Below, in pieces: positions 20,047 through 31,617 of a DNA stretch of 64,000 nucleotides. Made by a program: the position numbers and the translations under genes. Within the stretch, counting starts at the first letter, position 1, and each line of letters begins with the position of its first letter. The notes beneath the pieces were generated by a model. It was given only the letters and a program-made list of their open reading frames with translations, had not been told where the DNA came from and searched no databases. This stretch comes from Caulobacteraceae bacterium. GTDB lineage: Bacteria; Pseudomonadota; Alphaproteobacteria; Caulobacterales; Caulobacteraceae. The stretch is taken from assembly GCA_035295705.1 (NCBI GenBank), contig DATGIN010000003.1, positions 3,476 through 67,475 on the forward strand. Direction: 5' to 3'.

Positions 20047-20496
20047 ATGCCCAAACCCATCTACGTGCTGAGCGGGCCCAACTTGAACCTGCTCGGGTCG
20101 CGCGAACCGGCAATCTACGGCGCGGCGACGCTGGCGGAGATTCAGGCGTCGTGCGAGGCGCGGGCGAAGGCGCTTGGACAGACCATCGTCTTCCGCCAGA
20201 CCAACCACGAGGGCGAGCTCATCGACTGGGTGCAAGAAGCCGGGCGCGACGGCCAGGCGCTGGTGCTGAACGCTGCCGGTTATGGTCACACCTCGGTCGC
20301 CCTGCACGATGCGCTCCGCACGCTGGCGATCCCGATCGTCGACTGCCACCTGTCCAACCCGGCGGCGCGCGAGGCGTTTCGCCACCAGAGCTACGTTTCC
20401 GCCGTGGCGACGGGCGTCGTCTCCGGCTTCGGGCCGCAGAGCTACCTCCTCGCGATCGAAGCCGCGGCCGGCGCGCTCGCGGCGCCCAAGCGTTAG
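20047..20496 (+). CDS. aroQ: Type II 3-dehydroquinate dehydratase
   Basis: [43 protein letters not shown]. Confidence 0.96.
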   Translation: MPKPIYVLSGPNLNLLGSREPAIYGAATLAEIQASCEARAKALGQTIVFRQTNHEGELIDWVQEAGRDGQALVLNAAGYGHTSVALHDALRTLAIPIVDCHLSNPAAREAFRHQSYVSAVATGVVSGFGPQSYLLAIEAAAGALAAPKR

Positions 20497-20516
20497 ACAA
20501 GGGAAGGTCGGGGCTG

Positions 20517-20996
20517 ATGGCGGATCGAGCGGAGACGACCGGCAACGACGCCAACATCAACGAGGGCGCTGTCCGGGCTCTGGCCGAGATCCTTACTGAA
20601 ACGGGTCTTACGGAGATCGAGGTCGAACAGCACGGCGTTCGCATCCGTGTCGCCCGCGCGCCGGCGCAAGCCCAGGCCGTCTACGCGGCAGCGCCGCCCG
20701 CGCCGGCCGCCGCGGTGCAGCCTGCGACAGCGGGCGGTCACGTCGAAGAGGCGCCGGTGCGCGGCGAGACGGTCACCTCGCCGATGGTCGGGACGGCGTA
20801 CTTGAAGCCGCAACCCGAGGCGGACCCCTTCGTTCGGGTGGGAGACCGCGTGAGCGCCGGCCAGACGCTGCTGATCGTCGAAGCCATGAAGACGATGAAC
20901 CCGATCCCGGCGCCGCGCGACGGCGTCGTGTTGGCGGTGCTTGTCGAGGACGCCCAGCCTGTCGAGTTCGGCGAGCCGCTGGTCGTCATCGAGTAG
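20517..20996 (+). CDS. accB: Biotin carboxyl carrier protein of acetyl-CoA carboxylase
   Basis: [15 protein letters not shown] biotinylation motif, VEFGEPL. Confidence 0.96.
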   Translation: MADRAETTGNDANINEGAVRALAEILTETGLTEIEVEQHGVRIRVARAPAQAQAVYAAAPPAPAAAVQPATAGGHVEEAPVRGETVTSPMVGTAYLKPQPEADPFVRVGDRVSAGQTLLIVEAMKTMNPIPAPRDGVVLAVLVEDAQPVEFGEPLVVIE

Positions 20997-21004
20997 CGCC
21001 GGCG

Positions 21005-22348
<1,344 letters not shown>

Positions 22349-22351
22349 GCG

Positions 22352-23020
22352 TTGCAGACCGGCTCGCGCGCCTCGCAGTTCACGGTCGACGACCTGATCG
22401 CGTGCTACCAGCGCGGCGTCTTTCCGATGGCCGACGCGCGCGAGGACGAGCGGATCTTCCTTATCGATCCGGATCGCCGCGGGATCATTCCGCTGACTGG
22501 CTTCCACGTCCCGCGCCGCCTCGCGCGAACGATCAGGCAGGATCTCTTCGAGGTCAGGATCGACGCCGCATTCGACGCCGTGATCGAGGCTTGCGCCGAG
22601 TCCCGGCCCGGCCGCCTGGAGACCTGGATCAACGCCCCGATTCAGGCGCTCTATGGCGAGCTCTATCGCCGCGGGCTCGCCCACAGCGTCGAGTGCTGGG
22701 CCGGCGACGACCTGGTAGGCGGACTCTATGGCGTCGAGCTGGGCGCGGCCTTCTTCGGCGAGAGCATGTTCTCGCTCGCCCGCGACGCCTCGAAAGTCGC
22801 CCTAGCCCACCTCGTGGCGCGGCTCAGCCTCGGCGGCTACCAGCTGCTGGATACGCAGTTCCTGACCAGCCACCTGGCGCAGTTCGGGGCGCAAGACATC
22901 CCCCGCGCGCAGTATCGCAAGCGTCTCGCGCAGGCGATCACGGCCCATGCGGACTTCCACAGCCTCCCGGCTCAGGCGCCGGGGGCGTCGGTCTTACAGG
23001 CGATCAGCCAAGCGTCGTAG
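22352..23020 (+). CDS. aat: Leucyl/phenylalanyl-tRNA--protein transferase
   Basis: [39 protein letters not shown]. Confidence 0.95.
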   Translation: MQTGSRASQFTVDDLIACYQRGVFPMADAREDERIFLIDPDRRGIIPLTGFHVPRRLARTIRQDLFEVRIDAAFDAVIEACAESRPGRLETWINAPIQALYGELYRRGLAHSVECWAGDDLVGGLYGVELGAAFFGESMFSLARDASKVALAHLVARLSLGGYQLLDTQFLTSHLAQFGAQDIPRAQYRKRLAQAITAHADFHSLPAQAPGASVLQAISQAS

Positions 23021-23577
23021 ACGGGGTGCTCGAACGGGTCGACGCCGGGGGCGTTGGCGAACATCCAGCCGCGAAAGACCTGCCTTGGCGCGGGCGGGGG
23101 CCGGTCGGGCGGCAGCGGCTGTGAATCGATCTCGACGTAGCTGGCCGCGTCGGTGAACCCTTCGTCGGGCGCCGTCGTCTCGCAGGCGCGCACCACGAAG
23201 ATCAGGTTCTTGTAGCGGATGGGTCGATTGATCGGCGCCTCGAAACGCAGCGTCTCGGCGGTCACCTTATCCAACGCCTGTATGACCGCCGCCTGATAAC
23301 GCGGCCGCTTCATGGCCGGCGGCGGCTTGGCGGAAGACTGCGGGGACGCCGAAACGTCGGGCTCGACGTCGCTCGCCTCGCTCGGCTCGGCGGAAGACGG
23401 GGGTGGGAGCACCACGGCCGGCAGCCCCGAGGGCGGCGGCGCCTCTTCGGACGCGCCGGCTGGCGAGGCTGAGGCTGCCGCCCCGGTCGGCTGGCTCTCC
23501 TCGGCGGCGGCCGCGCCGATCAGTCCCGCGCCGAGTGCAACAGCCGCAACTACCGCCAGGGTCCTCGAGACGCGCAA
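22972..23577 (-). CDS. DUF2155-type exported protein
   Basis: Signal peptide, Pro-rich linker, ALDKVTA...VRAC...FRGWMFA...[13 protein letters not shown]. Confidence 0.8.
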   Translation of the reverse strand: MRVSRTLAVVAAVALGAGLIGAAAAEESQPTGAAASASPAGASEEAPPPSGLPAVVLPPPSSAEPSEASDVEPDVSASPQSSAKPPPAMKRPRYQAAVIQALDKVTAETLRFEAPINRPIRYKNLIFVVRACETTAPDEGFTDAASYVEIDSQPLPPDRPPPAPRQVFRGWMFANAPGVDPFEHPVYDAWLIACKTDAPGA

Positions 23578-23584
23578 GGCAGGG

Positions 23585-23980
23585 CTACTCCGGCCGCCAG
23601 GCCTCGTAGTCGCCGGTCGCGCGCGGGCGCTCGCCCGTGCGGGCGATGGAACCGGTCGGCTTCCAGGCGTTCACGGTGCCCGTCAGGTTCGGGATGTGGT
23701 CCTTCTCCCACGGCCGCCGCGGGAGCGGCGCCACGGTCGGAGGCTCGTCGAACGTGTAGTGCAGCCATCCGTGCCAATCCGGCGGGACCTTCGAGGCTTC
23801 CGCGTAGCCGTTGTAGATAACCCAGCGGCGCTTGCGCTGATCGTAGCTGTCGCTGTTGTCGCGCGCCTCGTAGTAGCGGTTGCCGAAGTCGTCTTCGCCG
23901 ATGAAGCGGCCGCGCCGCCAGGTCGTGAATCGGATGCCGAGCGTGGCCCCGTTCCACCAGGTGAAAATCGATTTCAGCAT
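23585..23980 (-). CDS. NADH:ubiquinone oxidoreductase NDUFA12 (17.2 kDa) family protein
   Basis: [37 protein letters not shown]. Confidence 0.93.
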   Translation of the reverse strand: MLKSIFTWWNGATLGIRFTTWRRGRFIGEDDFGNRYYEARDNSDSYDQRKRRWVIYNGYAEASKVPPDWHGWLHYTFDEPPTVAPLPRRPWEKDHIPNLTGTVNAWKPTGSIARTGERPRATGDYEAWRPE

Positions 23981-24049
23981 GACCTGGACTATAGGCGTGC
24001 GTCGGCCGTGGCGTCCAGGGCGCGGAGACGCGACAGGCCCTGTGGGCGT

Positions 24050-24097
24050 CCACAACATCTTGTGGACAGCGCCACTCGTTGCACCAACATGTATTGC
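24050..24097. promoter_or_regulatory. Tandem NrdR boxes
   Basis: CCACAACATCTTGTGG (24050-24065) and CACCAACATGTATTGC (24082-24097), 32 bp apart, matching acaCwAtATaTwGtg upstream of the RNR-like gene. Confidence 0.8.
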
Positions 24098-24145
24098 CGC
24101 TGGTGGGCGCCGAGCCTAGGCTCAATGGCGCGGAGGCTCTCGTTC

Positions 24146-26749
24146 ATGCGCGTTTCGCCGAGGTTCGCGACGCTCGCCAACCGCGCCGGCGCGCTCGTCA
24201 TGCGCGCGGCCGACCGCGGCGGCTTCGAGCGCAATGTCTTTGCGCCGGCCCGCTGGACCCGCGCGCAGCTGGACGCCTGGCTGGACTGGGCGGAGGCCCT
24301 GCCGGCCGGCCCGAACGAGGGACCGCCGGCGGAGGCCGCCGGGGAATCCTTTCTGGGTGGCGCGCCGGCGCGATGGGCGCGCTCGCTGCGCGCCCACGGT
24401 CTGTCGGGCGGCCTGTTCGATACGCCGGGGGACGCGGACCGGTTCGTCGACGAGCTGCTCGGCTGCCTGATCGCCGGCATCGCCGCGCCAGCGGGAAGCA
24501 ACGCCCAGCCGGCGCCGGTGATCGAAGCAAACACCGGGGCGCACGTCATCGCCGCGCGGGTGTCGAGCGCCCAGGCGGCGTCGCTGGCGGCGGACGCCTT
24601 GGCGGCGGCCGAGCTGCGGCTCGCCGCCGTCAGCGACGCGGTGGCGAGGGCGGATGGCGAAACGGCGACCCGCGTCGACCCGCTGAGCAATCCCGCGCTA
24701 GCGCGCGCCGCGCACGGCGCCCGCGGGGCCGGTCTCTCCGACGCGAGGATCGCCGAAGCCGTCGCTCGCGGCGAGCGTGGCGATCATCTCAGCATCGGGG
24801 CGCTCGCGCTGGAAAGCCCGGGCGAGCGCCTGGTCGTGCATTGCCCGCGCGAAACCGTAACGCCCGGGTCCGCCGACGTCCGCGGCGTCGCCCGCGGAAT
24901 GTGGGAGACGGGCGGGCTGGTCGCTGCTTTCAGCGCCGAGGACGCCCGGAGCGCGGCGGCGCTGGCCGGCGCCGCGCGCGTTGCGATCGACATCAATGCG
25001 CTCGCCGCTGACGGCGAGCTGGACGCCGAGGGCCTGGAAGCGGCTGCGGCGCTCTGGGCGATGGCGCTCGCGATCGAGCGCGCCGCCAGCGGCAAAGACG
25101 ACGCCGCGTCCGCGGTCCTTACCTTCGCTGGCGTTGGCGAATGGCTCGTGAGCCGTGGGCTGGCGTACGACAGCGACGACGCCCGGACGGCCGCCGGCGC
25201 CGCGTTCGCTGCGCTTACCGCCGCTGTCGGGCGGACCGGTCTCGGCGATGGGGTCGTCACGGCGCTCTTCGATGACCCCGAGCTGGCCTTGCGGCTGGGT
25301 CGCGCCAGCCTGGGGGCAGCGCCATGGGCGGGGGCGATCTCGCTGTCGGAGACGGAGGACGGCGCCATCCTGCGCGGGCTTGCCGACGTCGCCTTCGGCG
25401 GGCTGGCTGCGATCGGGCTCGATCCCGACGCAACCGCGACGGCGCTGCTGGGACAACGGGAGCTCGACGGCGCGCCGGTGATAAACACCGAGCAGCTACG
25501 CGCGCGGGGCTTTACGGACCACGAGTTGGACGCCGTCGCGGCCGCCCTCGTCGAAGCCCCATCGCTGCGGGCGGCTTTTGCGCCCTCAGTGGTCGGCGCA
25601 GGCTTCCTGCGTGATGTCCTGGGCGCCTCGTCAGAGACAGGCGCCGACGCCGACGCGTTGACCCTGGCCGGCTTTTCCGAAGACGAGATCGCGGCAGCCG
25701 AGGCGTATGTCTATGGCGCGGCGCTCGCAGACGGCGCTCTGCCCGAAGCGGCGAAGGCGCTCTTGGCGGCGGCGGAGATCGGTCCAAGCGCACGCCTTGC
25801 GATGCAGGCGGCTTGCGAGCGTTTCACGCTGGCTGCGACGCTCTGTCCGATTCCGCTCGACTGGGCCGTCAGCGCCGGCGAGATCGAGGCGCTGATCGTC
25901 GAGGCGGCCGCGCTCGGCGCCCGAACGCTCTGGCCCAAGCGGGCGCCGGCCCCGCCGCAGTTCCGCCTCGCGCTCCCACCCGCCGAGCCGCCCACCCAGC
26001 GCAAGAGCGAGGTCGCGACGCCGATCATCGCCGAGCGCATCGTGGAGACGCTGGTCGAGCGCGACCCGGTGCGGAGGCGCCTGCCCGACCGGCGCAAGGG
26101 CTATATCCAGAAGGCTTCGGTGGGCGGCCACAAGGTCTACCTCCACACCGGCGAGTACGACGACGGCCAGCTGGGCGAGGTGTTCATCGACATGCACAAG
26201 GAGGGCGCCGCCTTCCGCTCCCTGATGAACAACTTTGCGATCGCGGTCTCGATCGGTCTGCAATACGGCGTGCCTTTGGATGAGTTTGTCGACGCCTTCG
26301 TCTTCACGCGCTTCGAGCCGGCGGGACCGGTGAGCGGCAACGATTCCATCCGCTCGGCGACGTCCATCCTCGATTACCTGTTTCGGGAGCTCGCGGTCTC
26401 GTATCTCGGTCGCGTCGACCTTGCGACCGCCGACGCAAACGAACTGCACGCCGACGGGTTGGGCAGCGGCTCCGGCGAAGGGACCGCAGCCGACGGCGAG
26501 ATCCCGGCGCCCCCCGAACCGTCGCCGGTACCCGCGTCGCGCTACATCTCAAGAGGCTTCAGCCGCGGCTCAGCGCCGGACAACCTGGTCTTTCTGCCGA
26601 CGGCGCAACGTCGCGCCTCGCCGCTGCGCGAGGAGGCCAATCACCTTCAGGAGGAGGTCTGCCCCGCGTGTGGCGACTTCTCGCTGGTGCGCAGCGGCGG
26701 ACTTCTGGTTTGCACCAGCTGCGGGGCCGCCCCGGAGCAGGCAGGATGA
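24146..26749 (+). CDS. Degenerate class II ribonucleotide reductase (NrdJ-like) with conserved C-terminal TSCPD domain and Zn ribbon
   Basis: C-terminal [29 protein letters not shown]...[15 protein letters not shown]...TRFEPAG is the alphaproteobacterial NrdJ tail; CPACG...CTSCG; catalytic NPCxE and TIAPTGT motifs not found; GGAGG SD before ATG 24146. Confidence 0.8.
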   Translation: MRVSPRFATLANRAGALVMRAADRGGFERNVFAPARWTRAQLDAWLDWAEALPAGPNEGPPAEAAGESFLGGAPARWARSLRAHGLSGGLFDTPGDADRFVDELLGCLIAGIAAPAGSNAQPAPVIEANTGAHVIAARVSSAQAASLAADALAAAELRLAAVSDAVARADGETATRVDPLSNPALARAAHGARGAGLSDARIAEAVARGERGDHLSIGALALESPGERLVVHCPRETVTPGSADVRGVARGMWETGGLVAAFSAEDARSAAALAGAARVAIDINALAADGELDAEGLEAAAALWAMALAIERAASGKDDAASAVLTFAGVGEWLVSRGLAYDSDDARTAAGAAFAALTAAVGRTGLGDGVVTALFDDPELALRLGRASLGAAPWAGAISLSETEDGAILRGLADVAFGGLAAIGLDPDATATALLGQRELDGAPVINTEQLRARGFTDHELDAVAAALVEAPSLRAAFAPSVVGAGFLRDVLGASSETGADADALTLAGFSEDEIAAAEAYVYGAALADGALPEAAKALLAAAEIGPSARLAMQAACERFTLAATLCPIPLDWAVSAGEIEALIVEAAALGARTLWPKRAPAPPQFRLALPPAEPPTQRKSEVATPIIAERIVETLVERDPVRRRLPDRRKGYIQKASVGGHKVYLHTGEYDDGQLGEVFIDMHKEGAAFRSLMNNFAIAVSIGLQYGVPLDEFVDAFVFTRFEPAGPVSGNDSIRSATSILDYLFRELAVSYLGRVDLATADANELHADGLGSGSGEGTAADGEIPAPPEPSPVPASRYISRGFSRGSAPDNLVFLPTAQRRASPLREEANHLQEEVCPACGDFSLVRSGGLLVCTSCGAAPEQAG

Positions 26750-26785
26750 GGCGACCGGCGTCCTCGCGATGACGCCGATGGCGAC

Positions 26786-27198
26786 CTAGGCGCGTTCCGT
26801 CGCTCTGCTCGCGACCTTGGCGCCCTCCCCGCCCTCGCGCAGCATGAGGAACCGGCCGCTCGAGGTTCGAACGTTCCAGCGTCCCTCGATCTCGCAGCCG
26901 TCCGGCGTGACGTCGCCCTCGTAATGCACGTAGTCGTAGACGCGGCCGGCGCAGAGCTCTGGACCCGCTCGTACAGCTTGACCAGCGTCACGAAACCGCC
27001 GCTGCGCTTGCCCTGCAGGGCGGCTCGCAGCGTTGCGGGCGCTCCGGCGACCTCGGCCGTCTCCTCCGTCCAGCCAGCGAGCACGCCGGCGGCGTCGCTC
27101 AGCTCGGCGATGAAGCCCACCGCCTCGCGGCCGGGCTCGTCGTAGGTGTACTGGCCGTGCCATACGCCGGACAGATTCGATGCGGCTGCGTCGCTCAA
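26786..27198 (-). pseudogene. Frameshifted small hypothetical gene (about 137 codons)
   Basis: Frame A (TTG 27198: SDAAASNLSGVWHGQY...VKLYE) and frame B (VYDYVHYEGDVTPDGCEIEGRW...SGRFLMLR) read as two halves of one protein; total length is 1 nt short of a multiple of 3. Confidence 0.6.
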
Positions 27199-27289
27199 AG
27201 CCTCTTCAACCCTCACCCGCACCCCTTTTGGCCCCAAGCTTGCCACGACCGCGGCAAACGCCGGCTTAAGGCTGAAGAGGTGTGCCGAA

Positions 27290-27775
27290 ATGAAAACCGC
27301 TGCGCTCGTCATCGCGCTTAGTCTCGCCGCAGCGCCCGCGCTGGCTCAGAACGCAGCGCAGGTCGCCCGCGCCGCGGCCGGCGCCGACTGCCCGCGCTGC
27401 AACCTGTTCCAGGCCGATCTTGGCAACAAGGTGCTGAAGGGCCGCGACTTCGCGGGCGCGAGGCTGCGTCAGTCGGATCTCAGCCTCTCGGTGTTCAACC
27501 ACACGACCTTCGCCGGCGCCGACCTGCGCGACGTGAACGGCTATGGCGCGCTCTTCACCGACGCCAACTTCGCCGGCGCGAACCTCACGAACGCCACCTT
27601 GGTGGGCGCCTATCTGCAAGGCGCGAACTTCCGCGGCGCGCGCCTCTCGGGCGTGAACTTCTCCGGCGCCGAGATGGACCGTGCGGTCGGCCTCAGCCAA
27701 GGCCAGCTGGACGCCGCTTGCGGCGACGACACGACCCGCCTCCCGCGCGGCTACCGGATCCCGACCTGCCGCTGA
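27290..27775 (+). CDS. Exported pentapeptide-repeat protein
   Basis: Signal peptide, A(D/N)LXX repeats, Cys-containing caps CPRC and ACG...IPTC. Confidence 0.88.
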   Translation: MKTAALVIALSLAAAPALAQNAAQVARAAAGADCPRCNLFQADLGNKVLKGRDFAGARLRQSDLSLSVFNHTTFAGADLRDVNGYGALFTDANFAGANLTNATLVGAYLQGANFRGARLSGVNFSGAEMDRAVGLSQGQLDAACGDDTTRLPRGYRIPTCR

Positions 27776-27788
27776 GCCGTCCGGCGCC

Positions 27789-28346
27789 CTAGCGCTGGAC
27801 CCAGTGCGTGACGACAAGCCCTGTCGGCGCGTCGAGAACCTCATGCTCGCGCTCGACGAGCCCATGCTCGGCCAGCACGGCTTCGGGGGTCAGGTTCGGG
27901 ACGCTGGGAAACACGGGGCGCCCGCCGGGCAACCGCACCTTCGGCCCACGGGTGAGGTGGAAGGCGTCGTAGCGGTCGAGGAAGAGGCCGAAGACGTCCG
28001 TGCCGCCTATCACGGCGACGACCGCGTCCGCGACGCCCAGCGCATCGAGCGCGCTCTCGAGCGACGCGCCGGCCGGATTCCACAGCCGGCCAAGGGCGTT
28101 CGAGGGATCCGCCTCCACCGCATCGACGGAGCGGGTGACGACCAGCCGCAAGCGCCGCGACGAGTTCGCCTGTTGTTCGTGTGAATGGCGGCCGTGAACC
28201 ATGACATCCGCCGCGTCGAGCCCAGCTTCGAAAAACCGCTGGTCCGCCGGCTGCTTGAGCGCCTCGGGCATGACGCCGCCGGCGTCGGCCAGCATCCCGT
28301 CCGCCGAGACGATGGCGTAGCCTTCGATGCGGGCGACCGCGGCCAA
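27789..28346 (-). CDS. Dihydrofolate reductase-like (RibD C-terminal fold) protein
   Basis: IVSADGMLAD, DQRFF, MVHGRHS, LVVTRS, AVIGG. Confidence 0.7.
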   Translation of the reverse strand: MAAVARIEGYAIVSADGMLADAGGVMPEALKQPADQRFFEAGLDAADVMVHGRHSHEQQANSSRRLRLVVTRSVDAVEADPSNALGRLWNPAGASLESALDALGVADAVVAVIGGTDVFGLFLDRYDAFHLTRGPKVRLPGGRPVFPSVPNLTPEAVLAEHGLVEREHEVLDAPTGLVVTHWVQR

Positions 28347-28362
28347 GCGCGAAGACCGCCGC

Positions 28363-30144
28363 CTAGGCCTTCGGCGGCGCGACGAGGCGGATGTTCAGCT
28401 CTTTGAGCTGGCTGTCGCGCACTTTCGACGGCGCGCCCATCATAAGATCCTGCGCCTGCTGGTTCAGCGGGAAGGCGATCACGTCGCGGATCGCGCTCAC
28501 GCCCGCAATCAGCATGACCATGCGGTCGATGCCGGGTGCCACGCCCGCGTGCGGCGGCGCCCCGTAGCGGAAGGCGTTCAGCAGACCGGCGAACTGCGTT
28601 TCCACCTCTTCCGGCGTGTACCCCACGAGTTCGAACGCCTTCGTCATGATGTCGGGACGGTGGTTCCGCACCGCCCCCGACGAGAGCTCCACCCCATTGC
28701 AGACGATGTCGTACTGCCAGGCGATGATCTCGAGCGGGTCGTTCGCCTTGAACGCCTCCATCTCGCCCTGCGGCATGGAGAAGGGGTTGTGCATGAAGTC
28801 GATCCGCCGCTCTTCCTCGTTGTACTCGTACAGCGGAAAGTCGACGACCCAGCAGAACCTGAACTGTGCTTCGTCGGTGAGCCCGAGGTCGGTTCCCACC
28901 TTCGTTCTTGCCGCGCCGGCGAAGCGATAGAACACCTTCGGGTCGCCGGCGGCGAAGAAGACCGCATCGCCGACGCCGAGGCCGAGTTGCTGGCGAAGAG
29001 CCTCGGTGCGCTCCGGCCCGAGATTGCGCGCGACCGGACCGGCGCCGCCGTCCTCCCCCTCGCGCCAGAAGATATAGGCCATGCCCGGCTGGCCCTCGGC
29101 CTTGGCCCAGGAATCCATCCGGTCGCAGAACGCGCGGCTTCCGCCCCCGGGCGCCGGCACGGCCCATATCGCCGCCTTCGGCTGCTCGAGGATGCGCGCG
29201 AACACGCCGAACCCCGAGCCTCGAAAGTGCTCGGAGACGTCGGCCATCTCGATCGGGTTGCGGAGGTCCGGCTTGTCCGTGCCGTACTTGGCGATCGCCT
29301 CCCGGTAGGGGATGCGCGGGAACGGGACGGGCGTCACGGGCTTGCCGCCGCCGAATTCCGCGAACACCCCGTGCATCACCGGCTCGATCGCGGCGAAAAC
29401 GTCGTCCTGGGTCGCGAACGCCATCTCCATGTCGAGTTGGTAGAACTCGCCGGGCGAGCGGTCGGCTCGCGCCGCCTCGTCGCGAAAACAGGGCGCGACC
29501 TGGAAGTAGCGGTCGAAGCCGGAGACCATCAGCAGCTGCTTGAACATCTGCGGCGCCTGCGGCAGCGCGTAGAACGTCCCGGGATGCAGCCGCGACGGCA
29601 CTAGGAAGTCGCGCGCCCCTTCCGGCGAAGACGCGGTCAGGATCGGCGTCGTGAACTCCAGAAACCCCTGTTCGACCATCCGGCGGCGGATTGAATCGAC
29701 CACCTTCGAGCGAAGCATGATGTTGCGGTGCATCGTCTCGCGGCGCAGATCGAGGTAGCGATACTTGAGCCGCAGGTCCTCCGGGTACTCCGGCTCTCCG
29801 AACACGGGGACGGGCAGCTCGGAGGCCTCGGAAAGCAGGTCCAGCGCGTCGACGCGAACCTCGACCTGGCCGGTCGGCAGGTTGGGATTCAGCGTCTCTT
29901 CGGAGCGGGCGACGACCTGGCCGTCGACTCTGATCACGCTCTCCGCCCGTAGCCGCTCCGCGACGGCGAACCCGGGCGTCGACGGACCGAACACGAGCTG
30001 CGTCAGGCCGTAGTGGTCGCGCAGGTCGATGAACAAGAGCCCGCCGTGGTCGCGCTTGCGATGGATCCAGCCTGAAAGCCGCACCGGTTGGCCGGCGTCG
30101 GCGATGCGGAGCTCGCCGCAGGTGTGGGTGCGATACGCGTGCAT
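28363..30144 (-). CDS. aspS: Aspartate--tRNA ligase, probably non-discriminating (Asp/Asn)
   Basis: [16 protein letters not shown] (His typical of ND-AspRS), PEGARDFLV, motif 2 FRDE, motif 3 GIDR. Confidence 0.96.
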   Translation of the reverse strand: MHAYRTHTCGELRIADAGQPVRLSGWIHRKRDHGGLLFIDLRDHYGLTQLVFGPSTPGFAVAERLRAESVIRVDGQVVARSEETLNPNLPTGQVEVRVDALDLLSEASELPVPVFGEPEYPEDLRLKYRYLDLRRETMHRNIMLRSKVVDSIRRRMVEQGFLEFTTPILTASSPEGARDFLVPSRLHPGTFYALPQAPQMFKQLLMVSGFDRYFQVAPCFRDEAARADRSPGEFYQLDMEMAFATQDDVFAAIEPVMHGVFAEFGGGKPVTPVPFPRIPYREAIAKYGTDKPDLRNPIEMADVSEHFRGSGFGVFARILEQPKAAIWAVPAPGGGSRAFCDRMDSWAKAEGQPGMAYIFWREGEDGGAGPVARNLGPERTEALRQQLGLGVGDAVFFAAGDPKVFYRFAGAARTKVGTDLGLTDEAQFRFCWVVDFPLYEYNEEERRIDFMHNPFSMPQGEMEAFKANDPLEIIAWQYDIVCNGVELSSGAVRNHRPDIMTKAFELVGYTPEEVETQFAGLLNAFRYGAPPHAGVAPGIDRMVMLIAGVSAIRDVIAFPLNQQAQDLMMGAPSKVRDSQLKELNIRLVAPPKA

Positions 30145-30238
30145 GGTCTCAGTTGGCTTGCGGGAGCCGATTTCGAGAGGCGCGGAAGGCGCATGAGCCG
30201 CCCCGCATGTCAAGCGAGGCGCCGCGCGGCGGGTAACG

Positions 30239-31075
30239 CTAGCTGACGCGCACGGCGATCGGAATGGCGCAGGGGTCGAACGCGTCCGGCTTCGCGGCGC
30301 GCGTGGCGGCGACCTTGGCCTTGAACGCCTCGCTGGAGGTGTCCTCGACGAGCAGCTTCGGTCGCGCCCCCTCCGGCATGTCGGCCAGGATCTTCACGCT
30401 CACCATGCGGTCCTGCGGGTCTGGAACCGGCTCGCCCGCCTTGATGGCGCGGACCGCGTCGAGCCCGACGACCACCCGGCCCACCGGCGTGTACTTGCCA
30501 TCGAGGTCCTGATGTTCGTTCCGCATCAGGAAGAACTGGCTGTTGGCCGTGTCCGGATCCTGCGCCCGCGCCATGCCCATGACGCCGGCGCAGAATAGGC
30601 CAAGCCCCCTCACCTTGCCGTCGACCGTCAGCGCCGCCATCGCCGCCGGCTGACCGGCGATCGGCAGGGTGCCGACGAACCCGAGCGATGCGCCGGGCAG
30701 ATCCAGCGCGTCGCTGACGCCGGCGGCCGCACCCGGTGCGAACTTGAAGTCGAATTCGCCCTTCAGGTTCGGCAGGCTGGAAGCGCCCTTGCCGCTGTTC
30801 AGCGGATCGCCGGTCTGGTCCATGAACCCGTCGACGACGCGGAAGAACGTCAGTCCGTCGTAGAAGTGCTGGCGCGCCAAGGTCTCGACCTGCGCCACCG
30901 CGTTCGGCGCAACCAGCGGGTAGAGCTCGACGATCACCCGCCCCTTCGAGGTCTCGATGACCAGCGTGTTCGCTGCGTCGATGGGCCGCCAGGCCGGTTC
31001 GGGGGCCGCGTGCGTGGCCGTGACCGGGATGCTGAGCAGAACGGCGGCGGTCGCCGCCAACGTCCTACTCCGCAT
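30239..31075 (-). CDS. Cyclophilin-type peptidyl-prolyl isomerase (exported)
   Basis: [43 protein letters not shown]. Confidence 0.92.
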   Translation of the reverse strand: MRSRTLAATAAVLLSIPVTATHAAPEPAWRPIDAANTLVIETSKGRVIVELYPLVAPNAVAQVETLARQHFYDGLTFFRVVDGFMDQTGDPLNSGKGASSLPNLKGEFDFKFAPGAAAGVSDALDLPGASLGFVGTLPIAGQPAAMAALTVDGKVRGLGLFCAGVMGMARAQDPDTANSQFFLMRNEHQDLDGKYTPVGRVVVGLDAVRAIKAGEPVPDPQDRMVSVKILADMPEGARPKLLVEDTSSEAFKAKVAATRAAKPDAFDPCAIPIAVRVS

Positions 31076-31562
31076 GGGCGAACTTCTCATGCAGGCGGCG
31101 CTCGATGCGCGGCGTGACGAACGGCGAAACGTCTCCGCCCATCTGCGCGATCTCCTTCACCAGCCGCGATGCGATGGCCTGATAGAGCGGATCGGTCATC
31201 AGAAAGATCGTCTCCAGATCGCGGTCCAGCTGCTGGTTCATCGCCGTCATCTGGAACTCGTATTCATAATCGGAGACCGCCCTCAGCCCCTTGACCACGA
31301 CGCTCGCCCCGACCTGGCGCGCGTACTTGACCAACATGCTGTCGAACGGCTGGACCTGGACTTCGCCGTGGGTCGCCAGGTGGGGCACCTCTTCGCTGAT
31401 GATCGCCACCCGCTCCTCGAGCGAGAAGAGCGGCCCCTTGGGCTCGTTGATGGCGACCGCCACGATCAGTTTGTCGACGACCTTGGACGCCCGCTGGATG
31501 ATATCGAGATGGCCGTTGTGGACCGGATCGAACGTGCCGGGATAGAGACCGATCCGCGTCAT
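31065..31562 (-). CDS. coaD: Phosphopantetheine adenylyltransferase
   Basis: YPGTFDPVHNGH, KGLRAVSDYEYE, IASRLVKEIA. Confidence 0.96.
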   Translation of the reverse strand: MTRIGLYPGTFDPVHNGHLDIIQRASKVVDKLIVAVAINEPKGPLFSLEERVAIISEEVPHLATHGEVQVQPFDSMLVKYARQVGASVVVKGLRAVSDYEYEFQMTAMNQQLDRDLETIFLMTDPLYQAIASRLVKEIAQMGGDVSPFVTPRIERRLHEKFAHAE

Positions 31563-31617
31563 AGACGGCTCCCTCTAAGCGCAAACCGCCTCGAAGGACT
31601 GAAAATCCTCTCGTGAG

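Noticed and set aside
23312-24145. ORF-track N-terminal extension making the NrdJ-like protein 1145 aa
   Set aside because: It overlaps two real minus-strand genes and the NrdR boxes; the SD and NrdJ similarity begin at 24146.
23981-24145. Possible cobalamin riboswitch ahead of the NrdJ-like gene
   Set aside because: No B12-box (GGGAA...GCCACTG...GGGAAG) architecture; the region is explained by NrdR boxes and divergent promoters.
27290-27775. Pentapeptide-repeat protein as a Qnr/MfpA-like gyrase protector linked to the odd GyrA
   Set aside because: It has a clear signal peptide and Cys caps, so it is probably periplasmic and cannot reach gyrase.
30003-30194. 63-codon ORF starting upstream of aspS as a possible leader peptide
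   Set aside because: It has no Asp/Asn codon cluster, runs far into aspS out of frame, and has no associated switch structure.
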